Source of the DNA: Lama guanicoe
Taxonomy: Eukaryota
Direction: 5' to 3'
Length of the DNA: 64,000 nt
NCBI GenBank assembly: GCA_013239625.1
Contig: MU053216.1
Span: 994,001 to 1,058,000 of the forward strand
Shown here: positions 12,980 to 24,740 of the stretch, in pieces
How positions within the stretch are numbered: position 1 is the stretch's first letter
Layout of the letters: each line of letters begins with the position of its first letter
Program-made: the position numbers and the translations under genes
Notes under the pieces: model-generated
Database searches by the model: none
Told to the model about the DNA's origin: nothing
Seen by the model: the letters and a program-made list of their open reading frames with translations, nothing else

Positions 12980-13085
12980 AGTCACTGGATTAACATAGCG
13001 GGCATTGTCTTCTCCTGACCGCAGGGTGGGTATTAGCTGTTTGTCTACTGTCCTAAAAATAGCCGGTAAACAGGTGCAGCCCCGG
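12980..13085 (+). promoter_or_regulatory. TNNI1: TNNI1 slow upstream enhancer (USE/SURE)
   Basis: Ordered motifs GGATTAA 12987-12993 (GTF2IRD1/bicoid-like), CCAC box GGGTGGG 13024-13030, MEF2 CTAAAAATAG 13053-13062 and E-box CAGGTG 13071-13076, ~0.7-0.8 kb upstream of exon 1. Confidence 0.85.
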
Positions 13086-13779
13086 CTCCGGCTCCCTGGA
13101 TGCCGGGCACAGAGCCTGGGCCGAGGAGAGGGGCCTTAGTCTCCCCAGGTCCCAGGCACGGGCCTGGGGTGCCCTTGGAACCTGGGAAACCCACCTGGAG
13201 AGGGTGCAGAGCAACTGCAGACCCTCAGACCCTGTGGGCGTGGAGGTCAGGTCAGCTCCACAGCCTCGCTGGACCCCCAAGGCACTGTTTACATCACCCC
13301 CGGGTGCAGGCATGCCCCTGGCGCATGTGTACCAGGCCTAGAGGATGCCCCAGCCTCAGGACTTTCGCCCTCTTGGAGCACTGGTGGGGGGCCTGGTTGC
13401 CACGTTTCCTTGCGGCAGATGTAGGGCCAGTGAGATGACTCCTTTCCCCAGCTCTGCTGCCCCCAGGCCTCCCAGTGCCCCGGCCGCTTCCCTGCTCAGG
13501 GCCCCCTCTGATCTGCTGCCCACCCCCTCTTTCTTGGACTCCTGTCTCCTAGGTGGTGGCTGCTGTGTGCACAGGCTCTGTGTGTCCTCCTGAGCCTGGG
13601 GCACGGCTCAGGGTGTCTTCAAGCCCGCTGGCTGCTGCGTGCACCGCGGCGTCCCCTCCATGAGGTGTCCCCTCCGTGAGGTGTGTGTGTGGTGGGGTGT
13701 GGGGGGAGCAGGGCAGTGGGAGGGGTGGCGGGCCTGTTCTATTTTTACTGGCCAGTGGCTGCGGGCGGTAGTTTTCATA

Positions 13780-13858
13780 GCCTCCCCTCGGCTCTGCCCC
13801 CAGCAGTCCGCAGTCAGCTGCGAGACGAGGCCAGCCTCACTCCCGGAGCCTGAGGAAG
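13780..13858 (+). other. TNNI1: TNNI1 exon 1 (non-coding; TSS approximate)
   Basis: A/T-rich 'ctatttttac' 13739-13748 upstream; donor GAAG|GTAGGT at 13858/13859; resembles the recalled TNNI1 5'UTR. Confidence 0.7.
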
Positions 13859-14824
13859 GTAGGTGTCTGCACCCGGCAGAGCGCCTGGGCTCCAGACCCA
13901 GGGGCAAGCCAGGGCGTGCAGGTGGCAGAAGGCAGCTCGGGAGGTGCAGCAGGGTTTGCTGGGGGAACAGTCCTAAGACACCTACGGCAAGGCGGCATCT
14001 CTCCTGCAAAACTGGTTGGAGGTGAAGCTCCTGCCCGTTTTGAGACTGGGAGCCGTGCGCGGAGTCGTCCACGGGCTGCCCAAGGAGCCCCAGGGCAGCG
14101 CCTAGCGGGTCTTGGCTCACACCGGCTGCCCGGCCAGTCCCGGAGGGGGAGGGTTCCTGAGGGAAGGGGTGGCATCGGGGACCAGAGGGGACAGGGGGCT
14201 GCATCTGGAACTTGAGGGAGAGCTGGTGAGCAGTGCGAGTGGGGAGGAGAAGGGAGGTCTGTGGGCAGGACTCGGGGAGGGAGCCTGGACCCCCCACCGC
14301 CGCCCTAGGAGACTGCCCTGCCCCTTTGTTCTTTGTCTCTGAGGGATTCACTTGGCACCCTTTGCTGGCCAGCAGACAGGGGCGTGGTGGGCAGAGCGCC
14401 AACCCCGCGGCGGGGGGGCGCCCCCACATGCCTTGTTCTGGAGTGGAGGTCATGTCGAGGTGGGGGTCCTGGGGGAGGCGGAGGCAGCATCGGGTTTGGA
14501 ATGTGAGATTCTGTGAACACATCAGTGAGGCCCGGGCTGGGCTTTGGGGTGGGGGCTCTCTAACGGGTCGGGGGCTAGAGGCGGGAGACTGTCCCCAGCA
14601 CCTCTAGGGGGGCTTTCTGTTCAGAGCTCAGGGCGGGGTGGGGTGGAGGTCCCACAGCCACAGCCCTGGGAGCACAAACCTTGTTCACGGTCAGTCAGGG
14701 AGGACCTGGATGCCCTTGAACTGGGGTCCAAGGTCAGGGGGTAGGGAGCACGGGAGGAACATGAGCCTGATGAGAAATCTGTGACCTGAATTGTCAGGTG
14801 TGTGCAGAAGTTGGTTCTTCTTTC

Positions 14825-14849
14825 CACACACACACACACACACACACAC
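14825..14849. repeat. (CA)12 microsatellite
   Basis: Read directly. Confidence 0.9.
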
Positions 14850-16587
14850 GACACTTTTACACACGGACACACCTTGGTCTCATGGTCCAGCTGACATTCT
14901 GCCCCACCCATGGGGCCTCAGGGGAGGGCCCCCCAGCCCCCCTCAGTGGGTTCTGTTATCTCCTCTTTCCTGCAGCTCCCCCCCCTCACCGCTAGAGCCA
15001 TGTCTACATCTGACTTCTTATCACCACCTGCTTGTCTTCCAGGGGGCCTGTCAAGGGGTCCCGTCTGGTGGGTGTCAGAGCGCAGGCCGAGACCCAGGGC
15101 CTGGCGTTTGTCAGCGGGGCAGGCTGTGGGGGGGCCTGGAGCTGGGCAGGAGGCCTGGACGGGCTGGACAGGTAGCAGGCACCAAGCGGGAGGCCTGGAC
15201 CTGACCAGATGCCCACCAGGGGCTGAGCCCTGTGCCCTCTGGGGACCGCACTGCGGGGCTGATGATGGAAACTGGACCTGGGTGGCCTCCTCCCCCCCCC
15301 CCCCCCCCCCAGTGGCCTTCTCTCTTTGGACTCCCTCTGTGTCTTCAAGGCAGCCAAGCCCTAGAATAAACAGCGGGCGATACAATCGAATTTCAGCCAA
15401 GCATCTCGGGAATGCGAGGACTTCCTCCTCTCTGGGTCCAGGGTGGCGGCTGAGGCGCTGGGGCCACACCCTCTCTCCCCCTCCCCCACCCAGCCTCGCC
15501 CTCCCCTGGGGCAGAGGCGGGGGTGGGACGAGTGAAGGCTTTCAGCTGGGGGGACGGGAGAGGAAGTCCAGCCTCACCCATGCCTTGGGCCACGAGGGGA
15601 GAGGGAGGTCAAGACAGGCGGAGGTGGCTCTGGAGTGAGGGGACTGTGGCCACTTTGCACGAGTCCTTTAGAGTCGGCCTCCCTCCCCGACTCAGGCCAG
15701 GTTCCTGGACCAAATCCAACTCCTGACCCTGCGCTCAGCCTCCCCGCACCCAACGCCCCCCGCCCCCGTGCTTCGCTTCACAACCCGGCTCAGGGTTCCT
15801 GCCGCTTGCACCTGCTCCACCCCAGCTGCCCTCCTCCCTGCGGGGATCTTTTGCCCAGTCCCACCCCCTCCACTGGAATGCTCTTTGTCTAGGCCCGATG
15901 GTGGTCAGGCCTGACTTTGGAACAGCCGCCTCTACAGCTGCAGGAACCCCTCCTCGGTCTGGGCCGCAGGGCCATCAGCCAGGGGGCTGCAAACTGTGCT
16001 CGGTGGGCAGAGGACCTCGTGGAGGTCCACGGGGCTGCTGTGCTAACCCTCTCGCACCAGGGCTGGTGGCTCTTGCTGGTTGCACTTGGTTTGAATGAAG
16101 GGTTCAAGCCCCAGATATCAAGTGGAAAACAAGTTCTTTAACTCCTCGTTTTGCAGAGAGGAAAGCCGGCTAGGAGAGGGCCTGGGGAAAGGTTGGTGTG
16201 GGACAGGGGGTCTGCCCCGCCTCCCGGCTCACCCCTCCCTGCAGGGCCTCCTCACCGCCAGTCCCCTCCCCCCAAGGTCCACGGGAACGGCGCCCCTGGA
16301 GTTGTGCCATGTGGTGGCGCCTGTGGGCTGTCATCAGTCTCCCAGACCCCTCCCCTCTCCGAGACCCCCATGACCACCCACTGTCCACGGGACCGGCTAG
16401 ACTCAGCCATTGTTCAAGGCCCCGCGTCTGAGCCCTGCCCTCCAAACATACCTTCTGTGGGTCCCATTCTGTTCCCCACGGGCGTCGGCAAACTTGTAGA
16501 AAGGGCCAGCTAGGTGGGGGTGGGGCAGAACCGGAACCTTCCCTCATTAACGACCCCTCCCGCCCCCAGGTGCTGCCCCCTGACGCC

Positions 16588-16598
16588 ATGCCGGAGGT
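16588..16598 (+). CDS. TNNI1: TNNI1 exon 2 coding part (exon 16570-16598)
   Basis: cag|gtgctg...gccATG CCG GAG GT|gtaagt. Confidence 0.93.
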
Positions 16599-17225
16599 GT
16601 AAGTAGTCCTCTCCCCCGGGGCTCCAGGTCGGTCCCTTTGCTGCGGATTTCAGCCCGTAGTTAGGGACCGTCTGTTCACCCGTAGTTAGTTAGGGACCGT
16701 CTGTTCAGTCCCCGAGCAGCTCTCCGGATCACCAGATCCTCAGACAGGGATGGTCCTGAGTGCTGGGCGCCCAGCCTCACCACGTGTCCTCCCAGGTTTT
16801 GAGCAGAATTCGCCCCGGGTTGTCTTGGGAAGACCTTTTGGCCTGTGTCTCAGAGTCTGTCTGCACTGCAGCCAGGCCACGAATTACCATTGCCCAGTAG
16901 ATGAACAAAGCTTTGGGAGGGGACCCACACGCCCACTCGGGATCCCACGGGGACCCTCCATCCTTCCCAGCGTACAGTGGCTGGTGCTTCCCAGCAAGGC
17001 CCTCCAGTAGCTCAAAGGGCTGGTGGGTTTTTTCCCTTCTGCTGATCCTCAAACTAGCCCCACCGCGTGATGTCTGATTCCTTTCCGGGCACTGTCACGG
17101 CACCCCTGCCCCAGCTTGTTCCTGGGGTCTGCTGCCCAGTGTGTGAAATGCATTGTTCTCACTCTGTCTTCTGCTCTCCCCCTTCCACCCCCGCCCTGGG
17201 TCCTCCCTGTGATGGACGCCTGCAG

Positions 17226-17229
17226 CGAG
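17226..17229 (+). CDS. TNNI1: TNNI1 exon 3, 4-nt micro-exon
   Basis: tgcag|CGAG|gtgagt after a pyrimidine tract; required to complete V-E and restore frame. Confidence 0.9.
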
Positions 17230-18011
17230 GTGAGTGAGACTTGGGGTATCTCTGTTTGGCTTAAGTCTTTAGATGGGTGAGGGTGGGGTGGACATTTGAG
17301 GAGAGGTGAGAGCTTGGGTCAGGACCCAGGGAGGGGGTGCCCAGTGGCTGAGCAAATTCCCAGGAGAACAGAAGTCCTGGGGGAAGACTCTGGACGTAGG
17401 GCTCCTCGAGGTCCAGGCAGGGGGCTCCCCCGGCACGATGTCCCTGGAGGGTGGTCCTGGGGCTGCGGCCAGGCAGAGCCGGGTGTGACTCTGCACCCAG
17501 GCTGACCACGGAGCAAGTCCTCCCTCCCCTGGTCTGAGGACCGGTCTAGCCCTGGGGGCCGTGCTTGTCCTTAAGAGCCAGTCCCAGGAAAGCCGCATTT
17601 GAAGGGTGGGAGGGGATCTCCTTGGGTTATTCCACCCCCCCCCAACATTGAGGGAGGAGCACAGGGGGTCCTTGCCTCCTCTCCAGGTCTCAGCTGGCTG
17701 GATACAGTCCGGATTTGTTCAGCTGCTGAGGACACAGCCTCCGTCCAGCCCTGGGCGGTCGGGGTGGGGACTGCACGGGGTGGGCTGTGGCTCAGGGCTG
17801 GCAGGGGGCATCAGCAGCACAGACGGAGGGGACACTCCGCAGAGCCTCAGTGAGAATCAAATAAGCTGTTTCTCTATAGCCCTGTGAGTCTCTAAGTTTA
17901 TCGAAGGGAGTCCTCAGCGGTGGCGCCGAAGCGCCCCTTGTGGCGGGGAGCGGCACTGCGGCCCAGTCCAGGTTCCCGGTTCTCACCTGTCTCTCCTCCC
18001 TCTCCCCTCAG

Positions 18012-18053
18012 AGAAAACCCAAGATCACCGCCTCCCGCAAACTCCTGCTGAAG
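18012..18053 (+). CDS. TNNI1: TNNI1 exon 4 (RKPKITASRKLLLK)
   Basis: ctcag|AGA...AAG|gtgagc, 42 nt. Confidence 0.95.
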
Positions 18054-18591
18054 GTGAGCGGGGTGCTGGCTCCGGGGGGGGGTGGTGACGTCTAGAGGGA
18101 GGCAGAGGGCAGCAGAGGGTGGTGGGCGGGTGAAGAGGAGGGAGACGATGTCGGGAGGAGGAGGGGGAGGGGCAGGGAGAGGCAGCGGGTGGGGGCAGGA
18201 GGAGGCGCCAGGGCCAGGGCCCGGAGCCCAGGGTCAGTGGGTTGGAACTTGGAAATCTGGCATCCTGGCGCCCTCTGGGGCCTGCGAGGAGGGGAGACCA
18301 GCTTCGCGGGGGGGAACCCCTGGTGGGGAGGTGGGTTTGCTTTAATTGGTAAGAGCTGCCTTCGGCCCAAACAGATGAGATGTGGTTAAGAGGAGAACTG
18401 AGGGAAATTAAAGCCCAGGATCCCAGAGTGCATGGGGTCACCCAGGTGTGGTCGCAGGTGGCCGAGCACGCTCCCCCACACGTAGCGGCGGCCCCGTCCA
18501 CACGCGCCCAGGGCTGCCTGGTCTGGGGCCACTGACAGCGAGTGGGAGACACGGGGCTGCCCGGGCCCGCTCTCCACTCTGCCCCGTCCAG

Positions 18592-18723
18592 AGCCTGATG
18601 CTGGCCAAGGCCAAGGAGTGCTGGGAGCAGGAGCACGAGGAGCGGGAGGCCGAGAAGGCTCGCTACCTGGCCGAGCGCATCCCTACACTGCAGACCCGCG
18701 GCCTGTCGCTCAGCGCCCTGCAG
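18592..18723 (+). CDS. TNNI1: TNNI1 exon 5 (SLMLAKAKE...SLSALQ)
   Basis: ccag|AGC...CAG|gtgagc, 132 nt. Confidence 0.96.
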
Positions 18724-19008
18724 GTGAGCGCGCAACCGCGCGGGGTTTCGGGCAGGTGACCCAGGGACCAGCTGTCAGGAGCCCAAGCTGCCTTGGCTCA
18801 CTCCTCGTTAAAAGTCACACCCCGGAGGCGGTGCTGTTCCGCTGGGAAGGGAGCCTGCAGGCGCGCTGGTGATGGGGAGGTGGGCAGCCCTCGGGGAGCC
18901 TCGTTTCTCCAGGCCTGCCTGTCCTGTCCCTGCAGACAGGGCTTTAATGTTTTAGAAACACTGGTAACAGTTTAAACACCAGGGTCTGCGGAGTAAAGAG
19001 AGGAAATG

Positions 19009-19475
19009 CAGGTCGTCCTCAACTCACGACGGGGCTGCGTCCCCGCAAACCCAGGGCCAGGCGGAAGCCCTGGAGGTCCCAAGTGCCCTGAGCACACCTG
19101 TCCACCACACATCCCAGCTCGCCCTCGCCGACCGTCGCCGTGCCCGGAGCACTCACATCAGCCTGTGCTGGGCAAAGGCACCCAACAGAAAGCCTGCTTC
19201 ATCAGAGTTGAGTGTCTCCTAGAGTTTGTTAATTGCTACACCGAAAGTGGAAACCAGGCGGTTGTCTGGTACGGAGCGGTTCTCCGTGCATCGGTGGTTT
19301 GCCCCGTGAGCGCGGGGCTGACCGGGGCTGGGGCTGGGGCTGGGGCTGAGGCTGCCCAGCGCCACGTATCGCTAGCCTGGGAAAGACTGAAATTCCAGAC
19401 TCCAAGTACGGTTTCTACTGAATGTTTCTACCGTCGTAAAGTCGAAACATCACCCTCGTCGTCAGGGACTGTCTG
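19009..19475 (+). mobile_element. Tigger4/Zombi (TcMar-Tigger) element in TNNI1 intron 5
   Basis: Termini 'caggtcgtcctcaactcacgacgggg' and 'cgtcagggactgtctg'; internal 'aagtacggtttctactgaatg...cgtaaagtcgaaa' matches the recalled Tigger4 consensus. Confidence 0.75.
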
Positions 19476-19792
19476 AATACTGAAATGTCACCAATAGTTA
19501 CTCCTGGCGGGGTGGCGTCACTAATTATTTTTGCTTTATTATTTTTGCTTAATACATAATTTTCAGAATATCTACAATTAACTTATATTGTTTTTATCAT
19601 AAGAAAACGTTTTAAAGATAACAAGTATGTTCAGAAGGAAAACAAAGGGCTTGCACTCGGAGTGGAGGGATTCATCAGCTCCTTTTCAGAGCCCAGGTCT
19701 TGCCAAGGGGCTGGGAGAGGCCAGCACCCGGCTGGGAGGCAGAAGAGGGCGGCTGAGGGCTGACCTCCTTCCTGAACCCTTTACTCCTCCAG

Positions 19793-19882
19793 GACCTGTG
19801 TCGGGAACTGCACGCCAAGGTGGAGGTGGTGGACGAGGAGAGATATGACATTGAGGCCAAATGTCTGCACAACACCAGGGAG
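19793..19882 (+). CDS. TNNI1: TNNI1 exon 6 ([30 protein letters not shown])
   Basis: ccag|GAC...GAG|gtgagc, 90 nt. Confidence 0.96.
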
Positions 19883-20962
19883 GTGAGCTGGGGGTGGAGG
19901 TGCACAGCTGGTGCAGGCTGGCTGGCTGGGTGGGGTCTGGGGGAGGTCCGGTGGGCATGGCCATGGCAGCTATGGACCAGGTCTCTCTCCTACTGCTGGG
20001 TCCGGGCAGGCACTTATCAGGAAGCTCTGGTCCCTGCACTCCAGTCCCCCAGGGCTGGGATGGGCAGAGAGCAGATGTCACACAGGTGAAAGGCACAAAC
20101 TTCCTCCTGCCTGCCACGCGGACTCTTCAGTGGACGAGAAGCCGCCCGCTAGTCACCCCACAGTCACGTGCCCGCTAATAACGTCTTGCCTTGTGTGTGG
20201 CTTTCACGGGCGTCTTTCCTGTGACCCTCCCTGCGTGCCTTAGACGGAGTGGGTGCTTTTGCCTGACAGATGAGGACGCAGGCTCAGAGACTCAGAAACT
20301 CGGCTCGGGTCACACAGTGGAGGTCCTGGGTTGGGCCTTGTCTCTGGCCCCCGACTCCAGGGCTCGGGGCTTCCTGGCCCTGGATGCAGGGGGCCAGCTC
20401 CACCCAGACCCAGCTCTAGTGGGGTGGGCGGAAGGCGGAGGGGGGCCAGAGCTCCTGCAGTTGGAGGCGGCAGCTTCTCAGCACCTGTTTCAGCAGTGAG
20501 GGTGGTGGGGTGGGCCCAGAGCCACTTCGTCCTCCTCACTCCTCCCGATCAGGAAGGATGGGCTGTGGGGCCACTGATGTCCCCAGAATTCCCTCCAGAG
20601 GTCGCACCCTGAAATCCCCAAGGGGTCTTGGACCTGGGGTCCGTCGGCCTCCTAGACCCTGGACCCAGGGGATGCCTTCCATGGCTGCTCTGAAGGCCCA
20701 CTGGGAAGAGACTGGTTAGAAGCAGGAATGAGAGGGACTGGCCCCTCCACTCCAAATGGGGCTTCGGCACCACACTCTGCCCCTTCCCGTGCGGCAGCCG
20801 AGACGGCCAGCGGCCTTCCCTGTCCTTGTCCTGCTCACTCCTGTATCAACAGAACAGACTAGAGGTGGCTCTTTGCAAGGTGACCGGTGGGTCTGAGCGT
20901 CCCCGAGGGTCTGGCCTGGAGAAGGGGGGGCCCCGGAGCCCTGAGCCGCCCCCTCCCTGCAG

Positions 20963-21139
20963 ATCAAGGACCTGAAGCTCAAGGTGCTGGACCTGCGCGG
21001 GAAGTTCAAGCGTCCGCCGCTGCGGCGGGTCCGCGTCTCGGCCGACGCCATGCTGCGCGCCCTGCTGGGCTCCAAGCACAAAGTGTCCATGGACCTGCGC
21101 GCCAACCTCAAGTCTGTGAAGAAAGAGGACACGGAGAAG
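20963..21139 (+). CDS. TNNI1: TNNI1 exon 7 (inhibitory/switch region [12 protein letters not shown]...SKHKV)
   Basis: tgcag|ATC...AAG|gtgagc, 177 nt. Confidence 0.97.
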
Positions 21140-21387
21140 GTGAGCCCTGACCCTCGCCCCACACAGCTCGGCCGGCCCTGCACCTCTGGGGGGCCCAGTT
21201 GACCTGGTGGGACGTTCCAGAGCCTCCCGGGGAGCCCAGGGGAGGCCTTAGCTTCCTGTTCTGCGAGGAGGAAGATGGGATTTCCCACCTTGCGGAAGAG
21301 GCTGACTCTCCACCACCCAGTTTCTCTTGCGTGTGGAGGGCCCGGCTGGCCCCCAACCGCTAAGTCTCCCGTGTGTGGCGCCCACAG

Positions 21388-21495
21388 GAGCGGCCTGTGG
21401 AGGTGGGCGACTGGAGGAAGAACGTGGAGGCCATGTCCGGGATGGAAGGCCGGAAGAAGATGTTCGATGCGGCCAAGTCCCCAACCACCCAGTAG
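21388..21495 (+). CDS. TNNI1: TNNI1 exon 8 coding part ([35 protein letters not shown])
   Basis: acag|GAG...TAG at 21493-21495; donor AG|gtacgc at 21497/21498. Confidence 0.95.
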   Translation, partial: ERPVEVGDWRKNVEAMSGMEGRKKMFDAAKSPTTQ

Positions 21496-22304
21496 AGGTA
21501 CGCAGAGGCTGGAGGGTAGAGGGACCCTCTACCCTCCAGGACAGGGGCCGGTGCGCTGGGCCACGTGGTGCGGAGGGAAGACCCTGAAATGGGCTCAGAC
21601 TGTGGGCACATGTTCCTGCTTTGGGGCTCTTTGCTCCCCTCCCCTACGGAGTTGGAGTTGTGCCAGCTCACTGGTCCTCCAGGGGTGGTCCCGGTACCAC
21701 CTGGGGTGCAGACGACCTGGCTGCACCCCAGGCCCACTGGATCAGAGACTCTGGGGTGGAGCCGGCCCCTGGGTGACTCTGATGCAAGAGCTTGGAGCCC
21801 GTGGATTCGATGACCCCAGGGCCCTCCAGCTCTGACTTTCTGAAAGTCTAAGGGGAGTCCTGCAAAGTCCCCAGAACTGGTCCAAGACCACCCATTCTCC
21901 GAGGATTTGCTAGAGAAAGCAGCAGGGTCAGGCCACGTGACGGCCTCTGTGGGTGTGTGGAGGGGACATGTAACTGTCCGACAGACGTCAGTCAGACAAG
22001 CCCTCTGGAGGGGTGAGCTCTCTGAGGATGTGATGGGTGGAGGGTCGCAGTTGCCGGGAGGGTGTGTCAGAGCTCAGAGGTGGGGATCAGTCCGACGTGG
22101 AGGGGATGCCAGGCGGGGCCAGTGTGTGGGGCGGAGCCGTGTTGGGGGGCTCTTGGGCTCTGGGCCGAGAGCTGAGGCAGTGGGAGCCCCTGTGGACAGT
22201 GGTTCTGCCAGGTGCTGGGGTGAGAAGGCCCGGGACTGTGTGTGCTGCGGGCGAGTCACTTGGGTCACTGGGAGCAGATGGCTTCTGCCTCTCTGTCTCT
22301 ACAG

Positions 22305-22640
22305 GCAGCTGGTCGAGCTGTGCCCTGGGCTCCCTTCTCACTTCTCCCTCCGGCTTGGCTCACCTACCCAGCCTGCGTCCTGCCTGCACTTCGGAGCATC
22401 CCACCCTGTTCCCTCTCCTCCCCTCCAGCCTGAGTGCCCTCCCGCGGGACTGGGGCTAGCAGACGCGCGGGAGGGGGACAGCAGCGTCTGAAGACCTCAC
22501 CTGGCCGGTGGGCTCCCTGGGGCTCCCGGCCCGCCGTGGCGCAGCCAGGCTGAGAGGAGGCGCTGCACCCCTCGCGATGCACGTCACGTGCCCGCAGGCA
22601 TCACAGCCCCTCCATTAAAATCAGTGTCCTGGTCATTTCT
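22305..22640 (+). other. TNNI1: TNNI1 exon 9 (3'UTR only) with ATTAAA poly(A) signal
   Basis: Pyrimidine tract and ctctacag|G acceptor at 22304/22305; ATTAAA at 22614-22619 followed by GT/T-rich sequence. Confidence 0.75.
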
Positions 22641-24399
22641 GTTGCTCTGGCTGTGAGTGCCCAGAAGGGGAGGGCAGGGAGCCTGTGAAGGAGGCCATGC
22701 TGGGCTTCAGGCAGCAGCGCGGGTCAGGACGGAGGGCTAGCGATTGGCAGCTGCCTGCTGGGGTCTCCCTGGTACCCCTTCTGCCCACCCAGTCCACTGA
22801 CATGGCACAGCACAGCCTCACCCCCAGGGTGCTCAACTCAGCCCAGCCCCACACACGCCTCCAGCTGCCAAGGGGGCTGGGGCCCCGGCCCCGCCGCTCT
22901 CCCGGTGCCCTTCCTCCGCACACCGTGCTCACCTCTGCCGGGTCCCAGGCTAAGTGGTCAGGTCAGGGCGAGGCGGCTCAGCACCTGGCCCAGCCAGGAG
23001 GCTGTCTCGCAGTTCTCCACCTGACCACCAGGCGGCTCCTCCCTCACGCCTGCCCCTGGGCTCTCCCATCCGGTCCGGCAGGACCCTGTCCATCCTCATC
23101 CGCTGCCCCCACCGTTCTCCCTCCACACTCCTGACGAGCCGTGCCATCAGGACTGATTCTGCCCCAAGGTGGGCTGTCAGTGGTCTTCTGCGTCAAGTCC
23201 TTTCCCCGTCCCAGTGACACCTGGACCAAAGTCTGGTGACGGGTGCAAGTCTGCGGGGGTGGAATGGGGGCCTGGGAGCACCCCCCCCCACACACACACA
23301 CTGAGGACAGAGGCCAGCGTCTGGGCCAGAATGGGGCCTGGCTTTTCCAGGGAGGAGGTGACAAGGGAGTGGCTGGTCCTGGGCCTGGACCAGGCTTTCT
23401 GGCCGCCCAGCCCTGGTCCCGGGAGAGCCTGAGCTGTGAGAAGAGCCCCTTCCACTGGCCCCACGAGTCCCTGCTCTGCCCTCTGCTCCCAGTGTATTAT
23501 CTGTCATAGATCCCAGAGGCTGGGGGCAGAGTGCGGGCAGCTCCTCCTGGGGGCAGGGTCCAGCTCCTGCCGCGCAGCCTGTCAGCCCCTGAGGGCCCGG
23601 CCTCACGGGTCGTCAGCGGAGGCCATGCTCTGCCCGGGTTCTCACTGCAAACTCGGCTCAGTGGGCAGAGGGCAGACGTGCTTTCTCACACCTGCTACCA
23701 AACACAGAAACCCATGGGCACAGACACACCCAGTCTCTCACACACACGAAGCTGGAGGGCCAGGTGGGGCTGGGCCAGGCCACAGAGCACAAGCTTGGGC
23801 TTCGTGCCCAGGCAGCCACAGAAACCCACCCTTCCATGTCCCATGGGCGCCTCCCAGCTGGCCCAGGAATGAAGCATGGGCTCCTTGCTCTGTCTCCGCT
23901 CGGCCTTTGACAGCCTGGCCTGGAGCTGCCCAGGCAGCTCTCAGATCTGCCAGTCGACTGTCGAGCTGGGGCCCAGCAGGCTAGGGTCCCCACTCTGCCC
24001 TATAAAGGCAGGACCAGCCCCGGGCCTGACTCAGAGCAAACGCCTGGTGCAGAGAGCCCGTGGCAGGAGGGCCCTCTGGCTGCAGAAGGGTCCTCCGGGA
24101 GGAGGTCCTGTCCCTCCTGTTCCTGGCAGGGCCAGGCCTAGCCCGCCCAGTCCAGCCCAGTTGGGCCCCCAAGTGGTGATGGGCTAGAGGGCTAGGCCTG
24201 GCTCCCCAGGCTGGGGGCGGTGAGGCTGCCTCCGCTGTGACCACGAGTAGGGCATGCGCAGGAGTCACGGCCTCTGGAGAGAGACTCATGGTTCTCCCAG
24301 GCCCTGTTGATTGTGGAGGGCCAGCACGACCCGGCCTGGACAGGAGCAGAGCAGAGCCAGGAGCTGGGCCTCCCACGAAGACCAGTGTCCACAGTGCAT

Positions 24400-24740
24400 T
24401 TTCTCTACGACAGGCACCGCTCTGTGCATCTTGACTAACTCATCTAACCTTCACGACACCCCACAGAAAGGGACCATCATTTTATAGATGGCGAAACTGA
24501 GGCACAGAGAGGTCAGTGCCTCCCCAAGGTCACACAACTAGCAAACAAGGGGCCGGGATTTCACTCAGCCAGTCGGTTAGAGCCCATACGGTCACCATGC
24601 TTAATACCACTCTTTATCAGAATCATGTCATTACGTTCTTACAAAACCCTCAGAAGTACACCTGTTATCTCAGCTTCACGCACGAGGAGATGGGGTCTGG
24701 ACAATTGAAGTAATTCGCCACAGGTCACGGGGTTTGACAG
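24400..24740 (-). mobile_element. Two MIR fragments
   Basis: 'cattttatagatggcgaaactgaggcacagagaggtcagtgcctccccaaggtcacac' is the MIR core in reverse; a second degenerate copy lies at ~24650-24740. Confidence 0.65.

Larger units (their letters stand above)
13780..22640 (+). other. TNNI1: TNNI1 gene span, troponin I slow skeletal type, 9 exons
   Basis: CDS pieces of 11+4+42+132+90+177+108 = 564 nt give 187 aa, MPEVERKPKITASRKLLLK...[11 protein letters not shown]; ssTnI His132 is present. Confidence 0.97.

Noticed and set aside
17925..17962. CTCF-like motif on the minus strand before TNNI1 exon 4
   Set aside because: The core (CCACAAGGGGCGC) is one base short of consensus spacing; not supportable without a PWM score or ChIP data
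23995..24040. TATAAA plus AP-1 TGACTCA between TNNI1 and LAD1
   Set aside because: Isolated short motifs with no downstream exon structure that I could support
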